Translations under genes and position numbers: made by a program
DNA from: Chlorokybus atmophyticus
Taxonomy: Eukaryota; Plantae; Mesostigma and Chlorokybus algae
Length of the DNA: 36,241 bases
Assembly (NCBI GenBank): GCA_009103225.1
Contig: RHPI01001043.1
Coordinates: 15,893-52,133 of the forward strand
Reading direction: 5' to 3'
Shown here: one piece after another, positions 26,942 through 36,241 of the stretch
Numbering within the stretch: the first letter of the stretch is position 1
Layout of the letters: every line of letters starts with the position of its first letter
The notes under the pieces: generated by a model
What the model was told of the DNA's origin: nothing
Seen by the model: the letters and a program-made list of their open reading frames with translations, nothing else
Database searches by the model: none

Positions 26942-29900
26942 GGGTAAGTATGCCTAACTTGGGGCTGTTTGGAGATTATAAGGTTATGCCTTCCGCGGTG
27001 TTGGTTTTTTGGCGGCCATGTATATGTATGATGTGTAGATAAAGTTTTTGCCTACACAGCCATATTTTTAAGGGTTTTTTTGGCCTAGTATAACGTTAGT
27101 TGCAGTAGGCCAAAGTTGGGGTGTGAGAGCTAACAGTCCCAAAAGTCGCGGGCCCTAACTTGGGGACTCGATGCAGCCTGCCAAAGGCTGTCAGCAGACT
27201 GCAGCCTGTGCTGAAGGCTGTCTAAGGCAACCTTGCAGCCATTTCGGCATGGCTGCGGCCAGTGGGAGCAGGCTGGGGGGGCAGGCGGACACGCAGGTGA
27301 TAGCCTTGACATGCAGGTTACTTGGGCTGCAGGCAATGCTTGCCGCCAAGCGACGAGCATTGCCTTCATTGCAAGGTTGCAAGCAAGGCGGCGAGGTGGG
27401 CGGCATGCACAAGGTAGGCAGCATGCATGGGGGACAGGGGTGCATGTGTGTGTATGGTTGTATGTGCAGGGTCAGAGCATTGCTAGCTACCACTAGTGCT
27501 AGGTGTAGCTACTGCTGGGGTGGTCTTGCGCTTCTGGCGCCAGCGTGCGCCAGCCTCCTTGGCGAGGTGGTTGGTGCGGCCGTTGAAGTGACGCTCAGCG
27601 ACATCCCACAGGGGATCGCCCAGTTGGTTATGGCATAGCATAGGGTTCCACTAATAGCGGAACCAGATCTCAAGGGCTTCTCTGGCTGTCTGCTCTCTCA
27701 CATGCCTCTGCTGCCGTGCATCTTGTGCTGTTGCCTGTGCCTCTGCTCTCTCCTCCTTCTCTAGTTCTTGCTGCCGCTTGGCTGCTGCCTGCGCCTCTGC
27801 CTTCTCTTGCCGCTTCTTCTCTTTCTCTTGTTCTTGCTGCTGCTTGGCTGCTACTGCTGCCTCTTGTGCCTCTGCTTTTTCTTGTTGCTTCTTCTCCTTC
27901 TCCCGCTGTGCTATCATCTTCTTCAGCTGTGCTCTCCTCTTCTTCTCTGCTTGTGCTGCTGCCTTGGCTACTGTATCCTCAACTGCTTGGACCTTTTTCA
28001 GTGCTGCAGCTTCTTTATGAGCCTTGGTTGCTGCCACCTTGGCAGCCTTGGCCTCAGCCTTCCTCTGCAGCTCATCGATCACCTCATCAGCAATCAACAG
28101 GTGAGCAATCTTGATGCTCTTGGCCCTCTTTGCTGGCTGCCCATCTGTGCAATCTTCTTCGCCATTGTCTTCCTCTACTGCCTGCTCATCTCTAACCTCG
28201 ATTGCCTCCAGCAGGGCAGATAGTTCAGGTGCCGGTGGGGCTGCTTCAACAGTGTGGAAGTACTTGTCGCAGCAGTGCTTGTCAAGGGGCCACAACCCAC
28301 AGGCTCTGAACCCTGAGATGATGTTCTGGGGGGACAACGCAATCAGATAAGGGTTTACCAGCACCTTCAAGAAATCCTTGCGCTTGAGTGCCTGGTTGTG
28401 GTGTCCGTCCTCCCTCTTACGGTACTCCTTCTTGTAGGCTTCTTTAAATGGGTGGAAACAGCTAACATCCAACACTTGTAGCCTATGTGTGGTGTGTGGT
28501 GGTAGTATGAGGATGTGGAGTCCCCGGTCGAGTGCAAAGCGGATCATCTTTGGGTTGTACCTTGAAACATGCCCGTCCGTGACTAACAGCGCAGGGTTCT
28601 CAGGGCTGACTCCTCCTGGCAGCCATGACACCAGCTTCTCAATCCAGAGCTCGAAGATGTAAGTAGTCATCCACGCGTTGGCTTGAGCAAGTAGCGGGCC
28701 CCGGGGACCTTGAAGGCCTTGACATCAGCGCTGACTCTCTCTCTTCATAATCACAAGGGGTGGTGCGGCAAGCCCAGCTCCAGTTATTGCGCACATCAAG
28801 GTGATGTGCTCTGCTGCCGCTGGTTGAACACTGTGCATACTTGTTGCCACTGCACAGGCAGACAAGTGAGTCAGCATGTGCATGAACATGTGCATGCACA
28901 TCAATCTCAAAGACAATGCATGAATCTCAAAGACAACACTAACAACTCTTACCGTTCGCAGATGATGCGGATGTTCCCTGCAGCACTGTTAGGCTCGATG
29001 CCAACCTCGTCTGGTGACAGGATCCTCTCTGGCCCAACACCCAGCTTGTGCACAGTCTCAGCCAGCAGATCAAAGTATTGGTACACAATGTCTTTGGTGA
29101 AGGCAACCCTCCGGGACCTGTCAAGAGGCTCAGCCTTTCTACTGATAAGGTTGTGCCTCTTTCGTAGCCCATCGAACCACTTCTGCCCAGGTATGCCATT
29201 GTTGAACAGCTTTGCGCGCGGGTCTCCCACGAGCCACTTGCCTACTTCAACAAAAACCTCCCCCCAGGTAACACCTCTCCCCCATTTGTTTCGCAGCTTC
29301 ACCCACTCTGCTAAGTCCTTCTCTTCTTCATCAGTCAACACAGTCGAAGCCCCTGGTGCTCTGCATTGCATACACACTTTGCTCAGCCCCCCACCAACGC
29401 AGTGACCAACTCCTGACTGCAACACTGAATGCACTGACACGCAGGACTTGCTAACTCATTTGTACACAGGCAGGTCCTGCTGCTGGGCAACGAATCTGCG
29501 CATGGTTGAGTCAGAGATGTCCAGCTCCTTCACTGCGTCACTCACAAGCATGCAGCCTTGGTTGATCGCAGTGACAGCCCTGCTGATGTCCTCCATCCTC
29601 CCCTCGTATATGCTGTAGTTGCGCTTGCGTTTATCGGCCTTGGGAGTCTGGGCCTTCACTCTCTTGCCCTGCCAGCAGCATGTTAGCTTGGGTGGTCTCA
29701 GTGGCATATGCCACCGTGATGACAAGCATGCCAAAGCGTGCAAACTACCCACCCGGGCCCAGCTGCGTTGCATAGCAGTAGGTGTAGTTGTGTAGTTGTG
29801 GTAGTCTTGCCTTGAACTTGGGGACCTCCTTGCAATGCACAGTCCTCCTCCACACTACTGCCGTGTGCTAACTCAGTGCAAAAATTGTAGTGCTCGACGA

Positions 29901-30606
29901 GAGGAATCCAGAAAGTATAAACTTGACCGCCATTTGCGCAACCCATCCACAACTACGGCCAAAACCGGCTGTCACAACGTGCGATCCCTTTCCCCTGTTA
30001 TAGGGTAAAGTGCCCTTACTTGGGAATGGACCCTGACTTGGGAACATCCCGTTTTTGGGCTGTAGCTGCCGGCTTAGCAATTCTTTCCCGGTCAAATTAT
30101 AGGGGTTGAAAGCCCTCGTACAGACCTATCCAACGAACCCATAACCTAGCCAAACGGCCAACCAGGCCAGGAGTTATGCATTCTTCATAATGGATATTAC
30201 CGCGTGGAAACGGGGTAAGATTGCCCCAAAGTTTGTGATATCATAACTTTCTCACATCAAGTCCAAATGCGTTTTTTGTTTTTGTGCCTAGTTTGCGTCA
30301 TTGTTAAGACCTTATTTTCCCAAGTTTCATCCCATTCCGCGCGGAAATGAGATTTCACCTAGGGAAGTGCCCTAGCGTTTTCGTCCCCAAGATAGGGCTG
30401 GGGCACTCGAGGGGTGGCACCCCCAACACCCTCTACTTCGGCGCGCGCCCTGTCTCACTCAATGCTTATTTATAAATTGAGAAAACAATATCACACATGT
30501 AGCTGATACTTGTTAATAACTATATACATGTCCGCCACAAACACCAATAACGCCGCCGCGAAATCCTTAAAACCCCAAAACGGCCCCAAGTTAGGGCAGT
30601 TGACCC
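26942..30606 (-). mobile_element. Full-length pogo/Tigger-like (IS630-Tc1-mariner superfamily) DNA transposon with imperfect ~85-nt TIRs and TA target-site duplication
   Basis: Left end TA|gggtaagtatgcctaacttggggctgttt...ggcggccatgtatat (26942-27025). Right end, reverse-complemented, TA|gggtcaactgccctaacttggggccgtttt...ggcggacatgtatat (30606-30522). TA sits at 26940-26941 and 30607-30608, and a DDE transposase lies inside. Confidence 0.85.
27651..29668 (-). pseudogene. pogo/CENP-B-type DDE transposase, intron-containing, with apparent frameshifts (start exon unresolved)
   Basis: N-terminal HTH (EDISRAVTAINQG..SDAVKELDISDSTMRR), CENP-B-type HTH (TVLTDEEEKDLAEWV..PGQKWFDGLRKRH), ILSPDEVG, EHITLMCAITGAG..PPLVIMK, ANAWMTTYIFELW, LLVTDGHVSRY and LPPHTTHRLQVLDVSCFHPFK, followed by a K/E/A/Q-rich tail. 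There is a GT-AG intron at 28952-28850, and the frame is broken between ~28690 and 28820. Confidence 0.8.
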
Positions 30607-31532
30607 TACGTTATACAAATAACCAGAAGTGATGGTTACTGCAAGTTCCGTTTGCCCCCTGCGTCCAACGGTAATGGCGACGGCATGCTCACGATTTGAT
30701 TGACCGTCTAACCTCTGTCAGTCTGACTGACTCAGTCATGCACATGCGCGTCACGCTACACGGCAACACCGTACAACAGTGTAATGCCAGCCGGCGGATG
30801 CAGTTGATTGGCGGCGAGTGGTAATTTGCTATCGTTGGATTCATACTCATGAATCTTGGTGAAGTTTCTTTTGCGAGGCGTTTGACGCTGTGTGATTAAC
30901 GTAGCGCGTCGAGGGGTCCACTAGAAATCAAAAGTCACGCCTTAACGTGATTAATCACGCACGTGTCCGATCCGTCACACCATGCGGTTACACGAGAAGC
31001 GTCCGATTATCGGACCGCGACGCGAAAGGAGAACGAAGGGTTCGTGGACTTAAGATTTGCGGTAACCGTAAAGATAATCTTTCATGTTTCAACTTCACCA
31101 CGATAGAACACTTCAAGTGTGTTCAAGGTGTGTTCCCCGGGTAAAAGACTGAGCCCGCTCAAAAAATTATAAGCCTATGTTTCAATCTTAATACATTTGA
31201 ATATGTTCTCCTAAATTTGCCTCTGGACGATTGGTCTTACAAAAACCATGATGTTAGCGGGGGCATTCTCTTGCACATTGGTCGTTAAACGGGAGTAGAT
31301 TAGAGTGTACACTGACAGTCTTCCCCCGTTGAGAGACTTCGGTTTAAGTGAACAACTTCGTTATGATGATTTGTTTAAAGACGAAGCAAGTGTTGCTGCC
31401 CGTGAGCATTTTCTTGATACGTAATAAGATCAAGTTCTTGAAAAAACCGGTGCTTGTATTCACTTATCAAGATAGTAGCTGTGGCAAAGGGCACAAGCTT
31501 GTGGTTTGACACCGCCATGCTCGCAAAGCAGG

Positions 31533-31878
31533 TGTAACGGTGTGCTACCTCCATAGAGGTTCCCCGCCCTTATTTAGGATTAAATAAGGGTCCCAACGGG
31601 ATTATACAGTCTATTAAGCCATTTTAGGGCCGTTAACCTAGTGTTAAGGCCCTAATGTAGTGTTACTTAATTGTGACACTGATATCGACATGAGACATGA
31701 GTCTCATGTCGATATCAGCCGTATGGCGGCGCTGCTAACGCAGCGGCCGCCATAGCCAGGGGATCTTCTGCTCCGGCAGATTCCCCTGGCGGCGGCGGCG
31801 GTGGCGTCGTGGCTGGTGGTGGTGTTGGGGTAGGGGATTAAAGGGAGGAGGGGGCACACCCCCTCTAGTCTCCTTACA
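31533..31878 (+). repeat. 5' LTR (minimal extent; may begin at 30780)
   Basis: TGTAA...TTACA inverted termini directly before the PBS. The 3' LTR and TSD are outside the window, so the boundary is unconfirmed. Confidence 0.6.
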
Positions 31879-31879
31879 T

Positions 31880-31891
31880 TGGTATCGGAGC
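31880..31891 (+). promoter_or_regulatory. Primer binding site complementary to initiator tRNA-Met
   Basis: TGGTATCGGAGC, versus the usual plant TGGTATCAGAGC, 1 nt after the LTR-terminal CA. Confidence 0.85.
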
Positions 31892-32908
31892 ACGGGCGTG
31901 AAGAGCCTGTGGAAGGGGCGGCGGCAGGCGGCAGGCGGCAGGCGACTGCGGCAGCAGGCGGCAGGCGACTGCAGCGGCGGCAACTAGTGGTAGTTATTAG
32001 GTGGTAGTTGTTGTTGTTGTTGTTATTATTGAAACGCTGTTGCTGGTGTAGGCTAGTTACCTAGCCCTGCCTTGCCTTGCCTTGCATAGCCTAGCTTGCC
32101 CTGCCCTAGCCTAGCCGAGCTTGTTAGCTTGCGTGTAGGGGAGGCGGCCACTCAGGCAGCCTTCCCCCTCAGTATTGCATGCCCAGCACATCACATAGTG
32201 ATTTATATATATATAACCACTTGTGTGTGCTTGTGCTGGCCACCACGTGGATTCGTGGTGGTGTAAAGGGTTTGACCCCCCTTGTGAGACAGTCCGGTGG
32301 CAACATCGGCTGTCGTTACCGCCAGTCAGTGCGGTGAGGCCGCCAGAGTCATTCTGTGCGGCCAGTATCAGACTCACAACTCACAACTCGCTGATATCAC
32401 CCTGTAGGGTTGATTCAACGAGGTTTTGGCACCCTGTGTGTCAATTACAATTGTGGGTTGAGTTGAGTTGTACAAAGTGCAAACTTTGACAAGCTGTAAC
32501 TTGTGAACCGCCGCGTGAATTCGCGTGCGGTTTGTTTCTAAGCAAGTGTCTAGTTGAGAAGTGTGTGGGGAGCTCTTGTTTGAGCTGTATACTCCACGTA
32601 ACACACTTGAAACTTGACGAGACAACATCAAGTGATTTTGACACTTTTGCAGTGCACAACTTGTGTGTTTGTGCACTTGCAAACTTCAACTATTGACGGC
32701 TTATATTCTTGGGCAGATGTCTGACCAAGGAGGGGACGATGTGGAGAAGTCCACATCATATGAGCCATCAAGTGAAGAGGAAGTGAATTACTCTGACACG
32801 AGTGAGAGCTATTAGCTGACCGTCAGTGAGAAGGAGGGAGACAAGCAAGAGAGCGATGCTTCTCCCGACCAGTCTGCTCAGAGTGTACCAGTTGCAGTAA
32901 ACGCTGAA

Positions 32909-34192
32909 ATGGCACCACCTGCAGTTGACTCTCAGAGTGTCATTGGCGGGGCAATTGAGAAGTATGCCCAGGAGCGCAAGGCTCTGCTTGATGCCAACCC
33001 ACAGCTTGGCAAGGAAACATGGGATGCATGGGCTCAGAAGGTTCGTGATGGCTATGAGACGGACTTTGTCACACTTCCTCGCGCAAGCAAGGAGATGGTG
33101 ATCCGCATGCTCGAGCACGAGCTGACGAACAATGTTCCGCCACTCGTGCGCGGTGATCCGAAGGTGGCTGCTCTGATGGCTGTTTACGATAAGCCTCCCC
33201 CTTACCAAGGCAAGCGAATGGCGTTTGAGGCTTTGGCCAACTTGGGAGTGGAAACCTCACAGCGTTGCAAGGACGTGTTCTGGTACTTGGGACCTAACTT
33301 GGAAGACAAGTTGACTGGCCGAGTACAGTTGACGGCACGCCTCGATGCTATGCAGGCTGAGTTGGTGGCGCTGCGCCAACAGGTGGCGGGTGCTACTTCA
33401 GCAGCTGGAGCATCAGCGGGGCTGCCGGATACAGAACTGAATAAGCCTGAGAAGTTCAAGCCCAACGGCAGCGTCAGTATCCACGACTGGGTGGTAACTG
33501 TTGAGCACTATTTAACAGCATTGAGACGCCCCGTTGGTGAACACATTGCTGTTGCTGAGTTGCTCATGCCTTCTGACGCTCTCGCCGAGTGGGCGAGGCA
33601 GACACAGGACGGTGCTACCAAAACAGTGGAGGCACTGTTTCAGTTCCTGACGGAACGCTATGGTGGCATGGACCCGGCTACTCAGGCTCGCAACAAGCTC
33701 AGCAAGTTGCGACAGAATGGTCGGGCGGCTTCAGCCTATCTGCAGGAATTTCAGGCATTGGTGGGTCGTGCCAACAGCGGCCTCATGCCTATTGACAAGG
33801 CCGAGCAGTTTGAGTTGTACAAGCGCGGCTTGGATGCGCGTGTGCGTGATCAACTGCAGTACAACACGGCAACGGGACTGCCTTGGGTTCCCGAGGACTT
33901 GGCCAAGTTGCAGAAGCTGAGCGTGTACCTATACAACGATGACACGGCGGTGCAGGACAAGTCACATGTGGCAGTTTCGGCCAAACCGCCAGGGGTGGGA
34001 GGGAAGCGTTTCCCTCATCCGAGTGCACACTTGGCAAAGAAGGCGAAGACATATGGTCCTTCTACTAGTGCCACACCTGCTGGTGGTGCTACGCCTGCTG
34101 CGGCTCGCACCTGTTACGTCTGTCATCAGCCTGGCCACATTGCAAAGAACTGCCCAACCAAGGGGAAGGGCAAGGCCAAGAAGGTTGAATAG
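32909..34192 (+). CDS. gag: Gag (retrotransposon capsid domain + CCHC zinc knuckle)
   Basis: 427-aa ORF with KPEKFKPNG..IHDWV..E.YL, ARNKLSKLRQNG..AYLQEF and FELYKRGL, ending in CYVCHQPGHIAKNC. Confidence 0.9.
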   Translation: MAPPAVDSQSVIGGAIEKYAQERKALLDANPQLGKETWDAWAQKVRDGYETDFVTLPRASKEMVIRMLEHELTNNVPPLVRGDPKVAALMAVYDKPPPYQGKRMAFEALANLGVETSQRCKDVFWYLGPNLEDKLTGRVQLTARLDAMQAELVALRQQVAGATSAAGASAGLPDTELNKPEKFKPNGSVSIHDWVVTVEHYLTALRRPVGEHIAVAELLMPSDALAEWARQTQDGATKTVEALFQFLTERYGGMDPATQARNKLSKLRQNGRAASAYLQEFQALVGRANSGLMPIDKAEQFELYKRGLDARVRDQLQYNTATGLPWVPEDLAKLQKLSVYLYNDDTAVQDKSHVAVSAKPPGVGGKRFPHPSAHLAKKAKTYGPSTSATPAGGATPAAARTCYVCHQPGHIAKNCPTKGKGKAKKVE

Positions 34193-36241
34193 GATTACGT
34201 CGTGACTGATGTAAAAGTGGTTGATGGCCAGTTGCTTGTGTTATTAGCAAACTGGTTTGATGAGCTGTCCCAAGTGCATGTAATGACACACGCATGGCAA
34301 ACACATAGCAAGTTGCCACTTTTTGACGTTGCAAAAGTGGAAGAGAATGCTTGTGTGTTGGTACATGTGGAATTTAACATGCTTACCAATGTGTTGCACA
34401 CTTTGACTGAGTTGCAAAGTAAACACAGAACTTTGAGTGTGGTAGTAATGGTGCCTAAGTATCATGGCCCATGGTTGAAACATACTCGAGGGGGAACTGT
34501 GTTAAAGCAATTTAGCAAGCGTGAAACAGGGACAGTGCGATTGTCAGCAATTTTACTCAACCCTCGCATTAGTCACGGACTCTTGGCTACATTTCAAGGA
34601 CGGGTTGTGCCTCTGTTGTGGACATTTAGTGGCACAATGCAGGGAATAACCAGTTCGTTCTTGATTGACACTGGTGCAACGCACAATTTTATTGAGGAAC
34701 AATGGGTTGTGCGCAATAAAGTAGCGTGTAAACCCTCAGCATTTTCAGCTGCCGGTGCTGGGGGTACGTTACCAGTGAAAGGAGAAATCAAAATGAAGGT
34801 AAAGATTGGTAATTATCATGCCAATCTCACCTTCATAGTGGTGTCCATCAACATAATGGGTGTTGATGTGGTACTAGGACAGGAATGGCAGGACAATGTT
34901 AAAATGACATTGGATACTGGTGCACGGTTGTGCACAGTGAAAAAGGGTCGTAAGCGTGTAACGTTGTCTGTAAAAGGGTCGCATAGCTTGGAACACAAGC
35001 AAACAGACCCTGCGCTTCTCAGTGCACTTCAGGTGAAGCGTGCGTTGCGTAAAAACACACCGGCTTTCCTTGTGCACTTAACGTCATCTGATGACTTTGT
35101 GCCAGGCAGTACGGCAGGTGTTGCAGACATCATTGAAAAGTATCAGGACATATTCTCAGATGAGTTGCCAGGCTTACCCCCTGATCGAGGTGTCGGACAC
35201 ACCATACCACTGATTCCTGATAGTGAGCCTCCATTTCGGCCAATATATAGGCTGAGCCCCAATGAGAGGGGGGAAATGGAAACTCAAATCAAAGAGTTAT
35301 TGGAAAAGGGATTGATTGAACCGAGTTCTTCACCCTTTGGCGCACCCATCTTGTTTGTGATGAAAAAGAATGGGAAATTGCGCATGTGTGTAGATTATCG
35401 TGCTCTAAACAAGATTACGGTAAAGAATCGATACCCGTTACCACGGATTGATGATGTGTTTGATAAACTGTCGGGTAATGCGTACTTCAGTACGCTAGAC
35501 TTGACAAGCGGTTACCATCAAATCCGTATTCACCCTTCTGATGTTTACAAGACAGCATTCAGAACACCTTCAGGTCATTATCAATACAAAGTGTTACCTT
35601 TTGGATTGACAAATGCACCTGCGGTGTTTCAGAAGGAAATGAATAAGATCTTTGATAACATGCTTGGCAAGCATGTTATGGTTTACTTGGATGACATCAT
35701 TGTCTTCAGTAAAACAAAAGAGGAGCACAGAAAGCATCTGGAAGCGGTGTTTGCTTTACTGCGANCATAAGCAGCACTTGGAAGCGGTGTTCGCCTTGCT
35801 GCGTGCACATCGCTTGTTTGCCAATCTTGCGAAGTGTGACTTCTGCAAGACGGAGTTGCCATTCTTGGGGCACATTGTGAGCGGTGCGGGTGTGAAACCT
35901 GACCCTCGCAAAGTGCAAGTTGTAAAGGATTGGCCTCAACCTAAGAATATCCATCAGCTGCGATCATTCTTGGGATTGGCAAACTACTTTCGCAAGTTTA
36001 TGATGGGGTACTCCACAGTAGTGGTGCCTTTGACAAAACTGTTGCGAAAAGATGCTCCATTCTTATGGACAGCTGAACAAGAAGCTGCTATGCAACAGGT
36101 GAAGCTAGCTTTGACTTCTGCTCCAGTGTTGGCATTGCCAAACTGGGACAAGCATTTCACTGTGGTTAGCGATGCGTCCACCCTTGGGTGTGGTGCAGTA
36201 CTGTTGCAAGATGGCAGACCATGTGCTTATGAGAGTAGGAA
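34193..36241 (+). CDS. pol: Pol (unknown N-terminal domain, aspartic protease, reverse transcriptase, start of RNase H), partial
   Basis: Protease FLIDTGATHNFI and DVVLGQEW. RT SSSPFGAPILFVMKKNGKLRMCVDYRALNK, YPLPRIDD, LDLTSGYHQI, PFGLTNAPAVFQ and VYLDDII. After the n at 35764: KCDF..LPFLGHIV..RSFLGLANYFRKF..APVLALP..VSDASTLGCGAVLLQ. Confidence 0.93.

Larger units (their letters stand above)
31533..36241 (+). mobile_element. Ty3/gypsy LTR retrotransposon, 5' part (5' LTR, PBS, gag, PR-RT-start of RNase H); runs off the window
   Basis: LTR end ..CTTACA (31878) is followed by an iMet-type PBS. Gag has a CCHC knuckle, and the pol order is PR-RT-RH. The LTR start is uncertain: TGTAA occurs at 31533 and at 30780. 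Confidence 0.92.

Noticed and set aside
27716-28350. Plus-strand Leu/Cys/Ser-rich ORFs
   Set aside because: They are antisense shadows of the transposase's low-complexity K/E/A tail.
26626-31878. tRNA-targeted integration of the transposons (Ty3-like)
   Set aside because: The nearest element is a TA-targeting DNA transposon 245 nt away, and the LTR element is over 4 kb from the tRNA. Proximity alone is not evidence.
35735-35810. Apparent frameshift and duplicated HLEAVFALLR peptide in RT
   Set aside because: The duplication flanks a single n and the two copies differ at synonymous sites. This indicates a join of overlapping contigs from different element copies, not biology.

Overview
Intron-rich eukaryotic nuclear DNA, probably from a streptophyte green alga (inferred from a GPI-type phytocyanin-AGP, an AzgA permease, an iMet-type PBS and short GT-AG introns). 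It comes from a draft assembly with an N gap at 4345-4783, a 461-nt poly-C fill and a contig join at 35764. The supplied ORF track is mostly misleading because the real genes are spliced, so I rebuilt exon chains by hand. Left to right: (1) a guanylate-binding-protein-like GTPase gene whose coiled coil is extended by duplicated 21-nt (one-heptad) microexons; (2) a decayed non-LTR retrotransposon fragment; (3) an AzgA/NCS2 nucleobase permease; (4) two head-to-head paralogous genes, each encoding a three-domain fusion of an allophanate-hydrolase-C-terminal-like (GGCT-fold) domain, a biuret hydrolase (BiuH)-like domain and a triuret hydrolase (TrtA)-like domain. The minus copy keeps both catalytic triads. 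The plus copy has lost the catalytic Asp and Cys of its TrtA-like domain; (5) a copper-ligand-less phytocyanin-AGP; (6) tRNA-Thr(UGU); (7) a full-length, intron-containing pogo-like DNA transposon with TIRs and TA TSD; (8) the 5' half of a Ty3/gypsy LTR retrotransposon with a hairpin-packed LTR, an in-frame UAG gag-pol junction and an extra pre-protease domain. The best candidate for an undescribed system is the permease plus duplicated triuret/biuret fusion cluster at 8026-20711. Family assignments rest on motifs recalled from memory, not on database searches.
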